A stretch of 64,000 nt of DNA from Candidatus Zixiibacteriota bacterium (lineage in GTDB: Bacteria; Zixibacteria; MSB-5A5; DSPP01): positions 4,726-68,725 of the forward strand of contig JAKEHY010000002.1 in assembly GCA_022614805.1 (NCBI GenBank), given 5' to 3'. Of the stretch, positions 33,958 to 43,698 are shown one piece after another. The translations under genes were made by a program, and so were the position numbers. Below the pieces are notes generated by a model. It did no database searches. It was not told the origin of the DNA and was given only the letters and a program-made list of their open reading frames with translations. The stretch's first letter is position 1. Every line of letters starts with the position of its first letter.

Positions 33958-35034
33958 ATGGTCACTGAAAAACTCATTTGGAAAGCGTTAGAAAGCGTGA
34001 AAGACCCGGAGTTGGGGATTTCCATTGTCCGGCTCGGCATGGTCAAGAAAGTGAGCGCAAACGGCGGGAAGGTCGCCGTGGACGTGGCCTTGACCATTTC
34101 CGGCTGCCCTTTGCGGGAGAGAGTGGAAAGGGATGTCACCGAAGCGGTTTCTGCTCTTGATGGGGTTCGCGCCGTTCAAGTCAATCTGGGAGTGATGGCC
34201 AAAGAGGAACGGGATGAACTGGTGGCCCAGTTGACCGGGCGGAAGAAAACCGAACTTTTTTCCGGCCAGCGGCCCAAAAAAGTGATTCCGGTCGCTTCCG
34301 GCAAGGGAGGGGTGGGAAAATCGACGGTCACCGTCAACCTGGCGGTGGCGCTGGCCGCTTTGGGCTACAAGGTGGGGGTTATCGACGCCGACGTGTACGG
34401 TTTTTCCATCCCGCAGATGCTGGGGGTCTCCGGCCGTCCCACGGTCATCAACCAGATGATAATTCCTCTCGAAAAAGACGGCGTCAAGGTGATTTCCATC
34501 GGCTTTTTAGTGCCGGAGGATGCTTCCGTCATCTGGCGGGGGCCGATGCTGCACAAAGCCATCACCCAGTTTATGACCGACGTTTTCTGGGGGGAACTGG
34601 ACTTTTTGCTTTTGGACCTGCCCCCGGGGACGGGGGATGTTTCCATCACTGTGGCGCAGGCCCTGCCGGAGGCGGAAATTTTGATTGTCACCACCCCGCA
34701 GAAGGCGGCTTACAGCGTAGCCGCCCGGATTTCCAAGCTGGCCGAAGTGGCGCATTTGAAAATTCTGGGGGTCGTGGAGAATATGTCTTTCTTCCAGACA
34801 TCGGGTGGGGAAAAAGTTCAGATTTTTGGCAAGGGAGGCGGAAAGGAACTGGCCGAAAAGTTGAGGGTACCCCTGTTGGGTGAAATTCCGATTGAGGTGG
34901 AAATTCGGGAGGGTTCCGACAGCGGCCGTCCGGTTGCGATTTACCGGAAGGATACGGCCGTGGGCCGCTTGTACGCTGAACTTGCCGGAAAACTCGCCGC
35001 CACTCTGCCTCAACCGGTTTTGGCCGTTTCGTAG
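33958..35034 (+). CDS. apbC: Mrp/ApbC (NBP35) Fe-S cluster carrier ATPase with N-terminal DUF59
   Basis: VKDPEL, SGKGGVGKST, WRGPM, DLPPGTGD, VENMS. Confidence 0.92.
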   Translation: MVTEKLIWKALESVKDPELGISIVRLGMVKKVSANGGKVAVDVALTISGCPLRERVERDVTEAVSALDGVRAVQVNLGVMAKEERDELVAQLTGRKKTELFSGQRPKKVIPVASGKGGVGKSTVTVNLAVALAALGYKVGVIDADVYGFSIPQMLGVSGRPTVINQMIIPLEKDGVKVISIGFLVPEDASVIWRGPMLHKAITQFMTDVFWGELDFLLLDLPPGTGDVSITVAQALPEAEILIVTTPQKAAYSVAARISKLAEVAHLKILGVVENMSFFQTSGGEKVQIFGKGGGKELAEKLRVPLLGEIPIEVEIREGSDSGRPVAIYRKDTAVGRLYAELAGKLAATLPQPVLAVS

Positions 35035-36128
35035 ATTTCTTCCAGCCTTTTCAAAATCAATGGTAGCGCAAACTTTTCGGCCACTTTTTTTTGGCCGGCT
35101 TGGCCCATTTTTTTCCGGTGCCCGGCGTCCGTTGCCAACTTCACAACCGCTTGAACGAAAGACTCCCCGGAACTGCCGACGAAATCGGCCAGCGGAATGA
35201 GGTATCCTTCCGCTCCGTCGGTAATGATTTCCGGGATGGCTCCGGCCTGCGGGCCGACAACCGGCAGGCCGGCGGCCATCGCCTCAATGACCGAAAGGCC
35301 GAACGATTCCTCGTAGGCCAAGGAAAGGAAGATGTCCGCAGCGGCCAGATAGGGACGCACGTCCGGCACCCCCTCCGGCCCGCTCCAGAAAAGATAGGGG
35401 CCCAAGCCCTGACGCTTGATTTCCTGAAAACACTGAATGAAAAGCTTTTTGTCGTCCGGGTACCAGCCGCCGACGATTAGAAACCGGAGCTTCGGCTCCT
35501 TTTCCAGCAATTGGGGGGCCAGACGAATTAAATCGAGATGCCCTTTTTTTGGGGTGATGCGGGCAATCATTCCGACCACAATTTCATCGGCCGACCAGCC
35601 TAATTCGGCTCGAGTCTTTTCGCGCAGTTGGGGAGTTGTTTTCCAATTTTCAGGTAAAATTCCGTTGTGCAGGGTCACGATTTTTTCCGGCGGGACAGGA
35701 TAAACCGTCCGGCACCTTTCCGCCAGAAAATCGGAGACCGGCAGGATGCGGGAAACTTTGGCGTACAACCAGCGGTGGTAAAAGTCCTTTTTGGGACGGC
35801 CGGGTGACAGGTGCTTGACCAAAAAAAGCTTCGTTTCGGGAAATTTTCGCAGCCCCCAGACGAGGTAAGGCAGGTCCTTGGGATAATGGGAGATAATCAG
35901 GTCAAGCTTCTTTTCAGCCGTCAGCCTGCGGACGGCGGCTAAGAGTTTTAGGCGGCTTGGTACGGTGAAGAGGTTCGGCGTTTCGTGCCGTTTTTCGGCA
36001 AGGGGGGTTCCGGCCCGGGCCAAAAGATAGGCTTCCTTCCCCTCGGTAAGCCAGAAATTATGCCAGTCCAAGGGGACTTTTTCCAATCCCCCCCAGCTGG
36101 CGGAAGTCAAAACCTGCAGGATTCTCAA
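35010..36128 (-). CDS. Glycosyltransferase family 4
   Basis: TTG start RILQVL...WGGLE, ARITPKKG, ESFGLSVIEAMAAG; the ORF-track N-terminal extension overlaps atoE and is discounted. Confidence 0.9.
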   Translation of the reverse strand: MRILQVLTSASWGGLEKVPLDWHNFWLTEGKEAYLLARAGTPLAEKRHETPNLFTVPSRLKLLAAVRRLTAEKKLDLIISHYPKDLPYLVWGLRKFPETKLFLVKHLSPGRPKKDFYHRWLYAKVSRILPVSDFLAERCRTVYPVPPEKIVTLHNGILPENWKTTPQLREKTRAELGWSADEIVVGMIARITPKKGHLDLIRLAPQLLEKEPKLRFLIVGGWYPDDKKLFIQCFQEIKRQGLGPYLFWSGPEGVPDVRPYLAAADIFLSLAYEESFGLSVIEAMAAGLPVVGPQAGAIPEIITDGAEGYLIPLADFVGSSGESFVQAVVKLATDAGHRKKMGQAGQKKVAEKFALPLILKRLEEIYETAKTG

Positions 36129-37462
36129 ATGAAAAAAAGAAAGGCAACCGAGACGATCAGGATGTAAACGAAGAAAATCAAAAGCTCGTAGCCCAGAATT
36201 TCCTTGAATTCCACTTTGGCCACGGTCAAAAGGGGAATGGCCCAAAAGGGTTGAATCAAATCGGTGGCCATATCCCCCCAGGCGTAGGAGGTCACGACCT
36301 TGGCGGTCGGCACCCCCAGGCCCTGGGCGGCCTCCAACAAATAGGGGGCCTCGATGGCCCATTTGGAGCCGCCGGAGGGGACGAAGTAGTTTACCAACCC
36401 GGAATACCAGTAAACCAAGAGCGGGTAGGTTTTGGCCGAAGAGAGGGAAACGAACCAGTTGCCGACGATTTCCGCCAGGCCGGATTCCTTGATGATGCCG
36501 TACATCCCGGCGTAAAAGGGGAACTGGATGATTACTCCGAAGACCAGCTTCCCCCCTTCTTCGGCCGCCCGCCAAAAACTTTGGGGAGAGGAATGCAGGG
36601 CCAAGCCCAAAAACAGGAAAATGAAATTGAGCAAGTCGATGTTTAAGCCGGCCTTGTCGGAAACAAAGCGCAACCAGAGCCAAGTCAAAGCGGTCATGGC
36701 AAAAAGGAGATTCAAAAGGGGCGTTTTTTCCCACCAGTCGAGCCAGTTCGCCGGTTTTGCCAGCCGGTAACTTTCCCGTCCGGCAAATTCTTCGAGAAGC
36801 TGGGGATTCACCGGGCGGCTTTTTTCGGAAGCCGGATGCAGGGCCGGAACGAAAAAGGCCAGAACGAGGGTTACCAACCCGGCTAATATTAAGTTGAAGC
36901 TGGAAAAAATCGTTTCGCCGGTCGGAATCAGGCCGATTTTGGATTCCAGGAAATGTCCCGGCGTCGCCACCAGAAGCGGGGCCGAGGCGGAAAGGCCGGC
37001 GTGCCAGGTGCAGCCCATTCCCAAATAGGCGGCGGCAACCAGCAAGGGGTAGTCAACGCCGGTTTTCCGGCGGGCTATCTGGCGCACCAAAAGAGCCGAG
37101 CCGACCATCGAGAGCCCCCAGTGAAAAAAAGCGAACACCAGCGAGGCCAAAGTCATAACCAAAATCGAGCTTTTGGGGCCTTTGGCCAGGCCGGCCGTTT
37201 TTTCCAAAAGGGCGGCGACCGGCGCGGAGGAGGCGACGATGTAGCCGGTCAGAATTATCAGGCACATCTGCATCGCAAAAGGAAGAAGCTTCCAGAAGCC
37301 GTTTCCCCAGAATTTAATCGCATCGGCCAAGGAAGTTTGTGCCACGCCCAAAGACAAGACAAAGGTGAACAGGGTCAAAATCAGGGCGATGACGAAAGCG
37401 GAGGGGATGAGCCGTTCGCTTACGTTTATAAGCCCGGCGGCGGTTCGGGACAGGATTTTCAT
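36125..37462 (-). CDS. atoE: Short-chain fatty acid transporter AtoE family
   Basis: FAMQM, WHAGLSASAPL, IQFPFYAG, VPSGGSKW, QPFWAIP. Confidence 0.9.
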   Translation of the reverse strand: MKILSRTAAGLINVSERLIPSAFVIALILTLFTFVLSLGVAQTSLADAIKFWGNGFWKLLPFAMQMCLIILTGYIVASSAPVAALLEKTAGLAKGPKSSILVMTLASLVFAFFHWGLSMVGSALLVRQIARRKTGVDYPLLVAAAYLGMGCTWHAGLSASAPLLVATPGHFLESKIGLIPTGETIFSSFNLILAGLVTLVLAFFVPALHPASEKSRPVNPQLLEEFAGRESYRLAKPANWLDWWEKTPLLNLLFAMTALTWLWLRFVSDKAGLNIDLLNFIFLFLGLALHSSPQSFWRAAEEGGKLVFGVIIQFPFYAGMYGIIKESGLAEIVGNWFVSLSSAKTYPLLVYWYSGLVNYFVPSGGSKWAIEAPYLLEAAQGLGVPTAKVVTSYAWGDMATDLIQPFWAIPLLTVAKVEFKEILGYELLIFFVYILIVSVAFLFFI

Positions 37463-37465
37463 CCG

Positions 37466-38392
37466 CTAATTCGGGCGGGGATGCGCGGCAAAGAAGGATT
37501 CGTAATTTTTTTTCAGAAAAGAGAGGCTTTCTTCCACCGAGAAGATTGAGGATTTCAGAACGGCCTGTGCTTTTTCGGTTCTCACTCCGCCCAAAAGGGG
37601 GCGGGGGGCAGGCTGCTTCAACGAAGCCGTGTCAACCGGGTCGATTAGCTCGTGGTCGTAGTTGAAAAAGCGGGCGATGCGCATCGCGAAATCGTAGCGG
37701 GATAAATAAGTTTTCCCGGCCAGATTCAAAACACCTTCCAATTTTTTTTCCACCGCTTCTTTCACCAAGGCGGCCAGATTGTCGGCCAGAGTCGGGTTAT
37801 TGTACTGGTCGGATACGATTTTGACCGGTCGCGCGGCCGAAAGCTCCCCCACTAGCCACATAAAAAAATTCGGTTTGGAAGCCTCTTCGTGGATGCCGAA
37901 AAGGACGTTGGTGCGCACCACCAGGTGGCGGCAGCCGACCCGCACCACTTTTTCCTCCCCCCAGTATTTGGTTTTGGCGTAATAGCCGAGCGGGTTGGGG
38001 CGGGCTTCCTCGGAGTAGGGGCCGGCTTTGCCATCGAAGATGTAGTCGGTGGAGAAATGAACCAAGAAGCTGCCGTTCCGCTTGACCTGTTGAGCCAAAA
38101 ACCCGACCGCTTCGGCGTTGACCTGATAGGCGGCGGCCCGCTCGGATTCGGCTTGGTCGACCTTTGAATAGGCGGCGCAATTTATCACCACCTCCGGTTT
38201 GAAGTCCGAAAGCAAGGCGGTGACAGCGCCGAAATCGGCGATATTCAAAACTCCGGCGGGAGGGTCAAAAGTCCAGTTTTCCTTGGGAGAATTAAAGGTG
38301 GCCAGAACCTCGTGGCCGGGGTCTTGGGCGAAAAGCCGGGCGATTTTGAGTCCCAAAAGTCCCAAAGCCCCGGTGACCAAGACGCGGCTCAT
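37466..38392 (-). CDS. rfbD: dTDP-4-dehydrorhamnose reductase
   Basis: VTGALGLLG, NCAAY, STDYIFDG, YAKTK, DQYNNPT. Confidence 0.9.
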   Translation of the reverse strand: MSRVLVTGALGLLGLKIARLFAQDPGHEVLATFNSPKENWTFDPPAGVLNIADFGAVTALLSDFKPEVVINCAAYSKVDQAESERAAAYQVNAEAVGFLAQQVKRNGSFLVHFSTDYIFDGKAGPYSEEARPNPLGYYAKTKYWGEEKVVRVGCRHLVVRTNVLFGIHEEASKPNFFMWLVGELSAARPVKIVSDQYNNPTLADNLAALVKEAVEKKLEGVLNLAGKTYLSRYDFAMRIARFFNYDHELIDPVDTASLKQPAPRPLLGGVRTEKAQAVLKSSIFSVEESLSFLKKNYESFFAAHPRPN

Positions 38393-39123
38393 TTGCTTCG
38401 CTTGGTTCGGTACTCGAAAACTCTTCGCCCCGCTTCCGCCAAAGCCCCAATCGACTCTCCGGCGTCGGCCCAGAACCCCTTCAGGACCGAATAGGTCATC
38501 GTTCCTTTGCCGATGTAGGCGTTGTTGATGTCGGTCACTTCCAGTTCCCCGCGGGCGGAGGGTTTCAAGGTCTTGACGATGTCAAAAACCTCGTTGTCGT
38601 ACATATATATTCCGATTACGGCCAAGTCCGATTTCGGCTTTTTGGGTTTTTCGACGATGTTCAAAACCCGGCCGCTTTTGACTTCCGCCACGCCATAGGC
38701 CTTTGGGTTTTGCACTTTCTTCAGGAAAATCTTGGCGCCGGAGCGCTGGCGTTTGAAGGCCTCCACCTCATCCTGGATGGATTCAAATATCAGGTTGTCC
38801 CCCAGCATCACCAAAACCTTTTCCCCTTCGGCGAAATGCTCCGCCAGCCCAATCGCCTCGGCAATGCCTCCTTCTTTTTCCTGGTAGGTGTAGTTCAGAT
38901 GTTTAAGCCCGAAAGCCCGGCCGTTCCCCAAAAGCCGCAAAAAATCGCCGGCGGAGTTGCCGCCGGTGACGATAAGAATGTCCTTAATGCTTGCCTCCAC
39001 CAGGGTTTGGATGGGATAAAAAATCATCGGCTGGTCGAAAACCGGCAACAGATGCTTGTTGGTGATTTTGGTCAAAGGAAAAAGCCGGGTTCCCAGCCCG
39101 CCGGCCAAAATAACACCTTTCAT
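38389..39123 (-). CDS. rfbA: Glucose-1-phosphate thymidylyltransferase-like sugar nucleotidyltransferase
   Basis: GVILAGGLGTRL.PLT, LGDN, EKP, SARGELEVTD. Confidence 0.88.
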   Translation of the reverse strand: MKGVILAGGLGTRLFPLTKITNKHLLPVFDQPMIFYPIQTLVEASIKDILIVTGGNSAGDFLRLLGNGRAFGLKHLNYTYQEKEGGIAEAIGLAEHFAEGEKVLVMLGDNLIFESIQDEVEAFKRQRSGAKIFLKKVQNPKAYGVAEVKSGRVLNIVEKPKKPKSDLAVIGIYMYDNEVFDIVKTLKPSARGELEVTDINNAYIGKGTMTYSVLKGFWADAGESIGALAEAGRRVFEYRTKRSK

Positions 39124-39176
39124 TTTCTGCTCAGTACTCCCTTACCCATTCCGGTTTGGCTTAATTGACCCAAAAA

Positions 39177-39206
39177 GCAAGGGGCGGGCTGGCAACCCGC
39201 CCCTGA
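39177..39206 (-). terminator. Hairpin terminator after rplY
   Basis: aggggcgggct-ggc-aacccgcccct, followed by a T-rich run on the minus strand. Confidence 0.65.
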
Positions 39207-39220
39207 ATATTGATGGAAAA

Positions 39221-39997
39221 CTACTTTTTTTCCGGCTTTTTCTCTTCCTTCTTCTCGGTTTTGGCCGGCTCGGCTGGTTTCTTTTCTCCCTTGGCTTCCG
39301 CCGCTGGTTTCTTTTCTTTGCCTTTGGCTTCGGCCCCTTCCTCCGCTTCCTCCCCCTCTTCCGGCTTGCGCTCGGTTATCACTTCCGGCTCGGCCACTTC
39401 GGCGGCGGCTTCCAACTCCCCTTCCTTGATTATGGTGGGGGGCACCACGGAGGCGACCGAAAGGTCGGGGTCAACCAAAATCTGGATGCCCTCGGCCAGC
39501 TTCAAATCCCGCACGTGGACGGAGTCTCCGATTTTCAACAAGGAGACGTCAACATCGATATGCTGGGGTATTTCGGTCGGCAGGCAGGAGATTTCCAGCT
39601 CGCGGAAGGTGTGCTGCAAAATGCCGCCGGTCTCCTTCACCCCCACCGGGGGGGTGCCGACGAGATGCACGGGGACTTTGACGGAAATTTTTTTGGCCAG
39701 CGAGACATGCTGGAAATCGACGTGGAGAATTTTCCCCCAGACCGGTTCCCGCTGGATTTCCCGAATGAGGGTCTTTTTGGTTTCCTTCCCTCCGTTTACG
39801 ATTTCAAGGTTGATTAAAACGTTTTCGCCGCGGATGGAATGGTAGAGGTTTTCAAACTCGTGGGCGTTGAAAACCACCGGGGTGGATTTTCCCTCCCCGT
39901 ACACGACCCCGGGAAGAAGCCCCTGGGCGCGTATTTTTTTGGTTTTTTCCTTGCCCGCTTCCTTGCGGGCCTGAACTTTAAACATTACTTCCTTCAT
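39221..39997 (-). CDS. rplY: 50S ribosomal protein L25/Ctc
   Basis: PGVVYG, ILHVDF, IGDSVHVRDL, acidic/basic tail. Confidence 0.95.
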   Translation of the reverse strand: MKEVMFKVQARKEAGKEKTKKIRAQGLLPGVVYGEGKSTPVVFNAHEFENLYHSIRGENVLINLEIVNGGKETKKTLIREIQREPVWGKILHVDFQHVSLAKKISVKVPVHLVGTPPVGVKETGGILQHTFRELEISCLPTEIPQHIDVDVSLLKIGDSVHVRDLKLAEGIQILVDPDLSVASVVPPTIIKEGELEAAAEVAEPEVITERKPEEGEEAEEGAEAKGKEKKPAAEAKGEKKPAEPAKTEKKEEKKPEKK

Positions 39998-40114
39998 TGT
40001 GCACTCCTTTACCTTTACCGGCTCAAACTCGGGTTCGGACTAATAGCAACAAAAAGGGGTGTACAACCAGGCACCCCCTTCTTTCTGCGAAGCATTTAAG
40101 ATAATACATCTAAC

Positions 40115-41050
40115 CTAATCAAACAAGGAGGAAACCGACTCTCCCCGGGAGATGCGCAGAATGGTCTCGCCGAAAAGCGCAGCCGAGGTGAGCACTTCGA
40201 GGTTGCGGGGGAGTTTTTTTTTGGACAAATCGATGGTGTCGGCCACCACGAACTTTTTAATTTTGGATTTGGCTATCCGCTCAAGGGCCGGGCCGGAGAG
40301 GACCGGGTGGGTGGCGCAGGCGTAAACCGATTGGGCCCCTTTTTGGGCCAGGACCTCGGCCGCCTGCACGATGGTGCCGGCAGTGTCCACCATATCGTCC
40401 CGGATGATGACCGTTTTCCCCTCCACCTCGCCGATGATGTTCAAAATCTCGGCCTGGTTGGCCTGGGGGCGGCGCTTGTCGATAATCGCCAGGCCGGCAT
40501 CCAGTTTCTTGGCGAAGGCGCGGGCGATTCGGATGGCGCCGACGTCGGGCGAAATCACCACCGGGTTGGGCAATTTCAGTTCGAGAAAGTAGCGGTTGAA
40601 AATGGTGGAAGCATAGAGGTGGTCGGAGGGAATGTCGAAAAAACCCTGAATCTGGGAGGCGTGCAAGTCCATCGTGATTACCCGGTTGGCCCCGGCGATG
40701 GTTATCAAATTGGCGACCAACTTGGCGGTGATGGCCACGCGGGGCTGGTCCTTGCGGTCCTGCCGGGAATAGCCGTAGTAGGGAATGACCGCCGTTATGG
40801 TGGCGGCGGAGGCCCGCCGGCTGGCCTCGATTAAAATCAGAAGCTCCATCAAGTTTTCGGCCGGGGAGTTGGTGGGCTGGATGATGAAAACGTCGCCGCC
40901 GCGGACGTTTTCGTTAATCTGGACGAAGATTTCCCCGTCCGAAAAGCGGGAGACTTCGCAGGCGGCCAGCGGCAGCCCCAAAAAATCGGCGATTTTTTCC
41001 GCCAGCTGACGGTTGGCCGTTCCGGTCAATAGTTTCAAGCGGTTGCTCAT
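40115..41050 (-). CDS. prs: Ribose-phosphate pyrophosphokinase
   Basis: FSDGE, YSRQDRK, DLHASQIQGFF, DDMVDTAGT. Confidence 0.97.
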   Translation of the reverse strand: MSNRLKLLTGTANRQLAEKIADFLGLPLAACEVSRFSDGEIFVQINENVRGGDVFIIQPTNSPAENLMELLILIEASRRASAATITAVIPYYGYSRQDRKDQPRVAITAKLVANLITIAGANRVITMDLHASQIQGFFDIPSDHLYASTIFNRYFLELKLPNPVVISPDVGAIRIARAFAKKLDAGLAIIDKRRPQANQAEILNIIGEVEGKTVIIRDDMVDTAGTIVQAAEVLAQKGAQSVYACATHPVLSGPALERIAKSKIKKFVVADTIDLSKKKLPRNLEVLTSAALFGETILRISRGESVSSLFD

Positions 41051-41134
41051 CGGCGCTTTCCCAAAGGGCGGAAAATATAATAAAAATCGGGGCAAATGCT
41101 ACGGTTTTGTGCCGGACGACTATATTCCGTCCCG

Positions 41135-42244
41135 ATGGCATCCTTCTCCGATACAAAAAAGTTCCGACAAGCTCTTTTGGTCTGGTATAAAAAGAATCGC
41201 CGCCGGCTTCCCTGGCAGGATGGGGTCGGGCACTTAAGCAAAAAAGAACGGGATTATCGGGTTTTTATTTCGGAAATAATGTTGCAGCAAACCCGCTTGG
41301 ACCAAGCCCTCCCCTATTACGAACGTTGGACAAGAAGTGTCCCCTCTTTTGAGGCGCTGGCAAAAGCCCCCATGCAGAAACTTTTGAAGCTGTGGGAGGG
41401 ATTGGGATATTACGCCCGGGTGAGGCATTTAAAGAAAGCGGCCCAACTTATCGTCCGCAAACATCGCGGCGAAATTCCGCCCGATTACGCAAAGATTCGC
41501 GCCCTGCCGGGAGTGGGGAATTACACGGCGGCGGCTCTGGCCAGCTTTATTCACCGCCAGCCCTATCTGGCCGTTGACGGCAACGTCTTTCGGGTGCTGT
41601 CTCGGATTTTGGCAAGGCCGTTCCGGTTCTCAAGACAGCTGGACAGGAAAAGACTTTCGGAGGCAGCATCCCGGCTTCTTGACCCGAGTCAACCGGGAGA
41701 GTTTAACCGGGCCCTGATGCGTCTGGGGGTGCTGGTATGCCTCCCCAAAAATCCAAAATGCTCTCTTTGTCCGGTGCGCTTCTTTTGCAGGGCCTATAAA
41801 AGGGGGGATGTCAGCAAATATCCGCTGCCCCGGCGGAAGTTGAGGCCGCCACACTTTCAAATTGCGGCCGGAATTGTCTGGAAGGAGGGTAAAATTCTGA
41901 TTGCCCAAAGGAAACCGAACGGGCTTTTGGGGGGATTATGGGAGTTTCCGGGCGGGAAATGGAAGAAAGGGGAAACCTTGGCGGAAGCCTGCCGCCGGGA
42001 AGTGAAAGAAGAAACCGGCATCAGGGTGAAGGTTGGCCCGCTGGCCCAAAGAATCCGGCACAGCTATTCCCATTTTTCCATCACCCTTTCGATTTTTCAA
42101 TGCCAATACCAAAACGGAACGCCGCGGCCTTTGGGATGCCAAAAAATTAAGTGGGTTCGTCCCAAAGAGTTGGTGAAATACCCTTTCCCGAGAGCCAATC
42201 AGAAAATCGTGCCGCTTTTGGCGGCCGGAAAGCTTTTGCCCTAA
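41135..42244 (+). CDS. mutY: A/G-specific adenine glycosylase with C-terminal NUDIX domain
   Basis: SEIMLQQT, LPGVGNYTA, VDGNV.RV, C..P.C..CP...C, WEFPGG. Confidence 0.95.
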   Translation: MASFSDTKKFRQALLVWYKKNRRRLPWQDGVGHLSKKERDYRVFISEIMLQQTRLDQALPYYERWTRSVPSFEALAKAPMQKLLKLWEGLGYYARVRHLKKAAQLIVRKHRGEIPPDYAKIRALPGVGNYTAAALASFIHRQPYLAVDGNVFRVLSRILARPFRFSRQLDRKRLSEAASRLLDPSQPGEFNRALMRLGVLVCLPKNPKCSLCPVRFFCRAYKRGDVSKYPLPRRKLRPPHFQIAAGIVWKEGKILIAQRKPNGLLGGLWEFPGGKWKKGETLAEACRREVKEETGIRVKVGPLAQRIRHSYSHFSITLSIFQCQYQNGTPRPLGCQKIKWVRPKELVKYPFPRANQKIVPLLAAGKLLP

Positions 42245-42600
42245 CTAAAGAGCCACCAGGCAATCAGAGCAAGCACCAGGGCCAAAAGGAAAGAGGCCAA
42301 TATTATCAGCTCGGAGCGGTGCTGGAAGAACCGGGCGACGGCATCGTCCGGCAGTTTTTCAATTCCCGTATCCAAGTTGCGCGCCCGGCGCAAGCCCAAA
42401 AATACTCACGTGCAGAAACGGGCCTGGGCCACCCCCAGCGAGCCCAAAAAGAGAAAAATGAAGAGCAGGCCGTAGGCGGCATTTGGCTCGCTCGCAAACA
42501 CGAAGGCAACCAGCAAGATGGCGGAAAAACCCAAGCCAAAGAGGCCCACAAGGAGGCGTTTTTGAATCTCTTTCGGGCCGATGTTGCAAAGCTCCCCCAT
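42241..42600 (-). CDS. Candidate selenoprotein: 119-aa three-TM membrane protein with in-frame UGA (codon 65) in a C-T-U motif
   Basis: Frame stays open 54 codons past TGA (42406-42408), encodes a further TM helix and ends at a TAG overlapping the mutY stop; SECIS-like hairpin follows the UGA. Confidence 0.7.
42371..42405 (-). other. Putative bacterial SECIS stem-loop
   Basis: After UGA: GUAUUU-UU-GGG-C-UUGCGC-[CGGGC]-GCGCAA-CUU-GGAUAC; G-containing apical loop begins 18 nt after the UGA (hairpin extends to about 42368). Confidence 0.6.
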
Positions 42601-43029
42601 ATTCAGGCCCGGGCCGGAACGTAGGCAGATTTCAACTCATCCTCCTTCGCACTATTCATCTCTTTTCACATTCCTCTTGTTTTTCCGGATTGTTCCCAAC
42701 AAATGGTTGACGGAAAGTTATAAAAAAAGATAAGGAGAAAATCAAGCGAAAAATCGGATGGAAAAAATCCCGGATATATGGTTTTTGGCCCATACAACTG
42801 GGGGGCTTTTCCCATAAAAAAAGGCAAAATTTTGTTTTCAAAACGGCTTTCAGTTTGCTTGTATCCGGGCAACCGCAAGAGAAACAACGGGTTGTGCTTT
42901 GAGGGAAAATTTTTCCTTCCCGCATATCGTTTGCGGCTACAGGCATTTGGTAAAAGAGGAGGGAAAGAAAAGGTTAGAAAATTGATACAACTTCCCATAC
43001 ACAGCTATTCTTCACCGAAAGGAGTTTTT

Positions 43030-43626
43030 ATGCGACCAGTGCGTAAGTTCTTTGCGCACCTGGCTGGCGGATTGGGTGTAATTGGCATTGCGCTTTTCTT
43101 TTTGGTTTTCAGCTGCAGCCAAAAACTGCCCACTACCCCCATTACCAGCCAGGCGCCGAACCCGACGGCAGGGGCGGTTCCCGCCGGCACCATGGCCAGT
43201 CTGTCGGTCGGGGGGAACCTGCTGGGAAACACCGTCGGCAAATTGATTGGATGGCTGGGGGGTGTTTTGGCCATTCCGGTTGAGAACACGACCAAAACCT
43301 CGCTTTTGACCGTTCAACCGGGGAGCTTGCTGCAGTCCGTCTACGTCACGGCGTCGGCCCGCTTTGATTCTTACAAGAAGGCCACCTTCTACGACTTTGG
43401 CCCGGACGGTTTGCAATTCCTGAAGCCGGCTTTGCTTTCGCACCGGGCCCAGGAGCCGAACGGCACGGCTCTTTACCTGTGGTATTTCAACCCGACCTCC
43501 AAGCAGTGGGAAAAGGCTGGTTCGGCCACCGTCATCGCCGGCACGGCTACTTTCTCCATCCTTCACTTTTCCAAGTGGGCGGTCAGCGAGGACGGGGATG
43601 GCTTAGGTTCGGGGGGGCAGCAGTAA
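43030..43626 (+). CDS. Hypothetical lipoprotein (ZU5-like beta domain)
   Basis: FSC lipobox, GG.L.I, FGPDGLQF..P..L, HFSKWAV. Confidence 0.65.
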   Translation: MRPVRKFFAHLAGGLGVIGIALFFLVFSCSQKLPTTPITSQAPNPTAGAVPAGTMASLSVGGNLLGNTVGKLIGWLGGVLAIPVENTTKTSLLTVQPGSLLQSVYVTASARFDSYKKATFYDFGPDGLQFLKPALLSHRAQEPNGTALYLWYFNPTSKQWEKAGSATVIAGTATFSILHFSKWAVSEDGDGLGSGGQQ

Positions 43627-43645
43627 GATTCTTCGATTCAAGTCC

Positions 43646-43676
43646 AACGGCCTCGGTTTGTGCCGAGGCCGTTTTT
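43646..43676. terminator. Rho-independent terminator
   Basis: aacggcctcgg-tttgtg-ccgaggccgttttt. Confidence 0.75.
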
Positions 43677-43698
43677 ATTTGGCCGCAAAATTCCGGGT

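Noticed and set aside
36129..36734. N-terminal 200 aa of the 574-aa ORF (apparent fusion to the glycosyltransferase)
   Set aside because: It is an alternate frame overlapping atoE; the GT4 fold starts at TTG 36128, overlapping the atoE stop.
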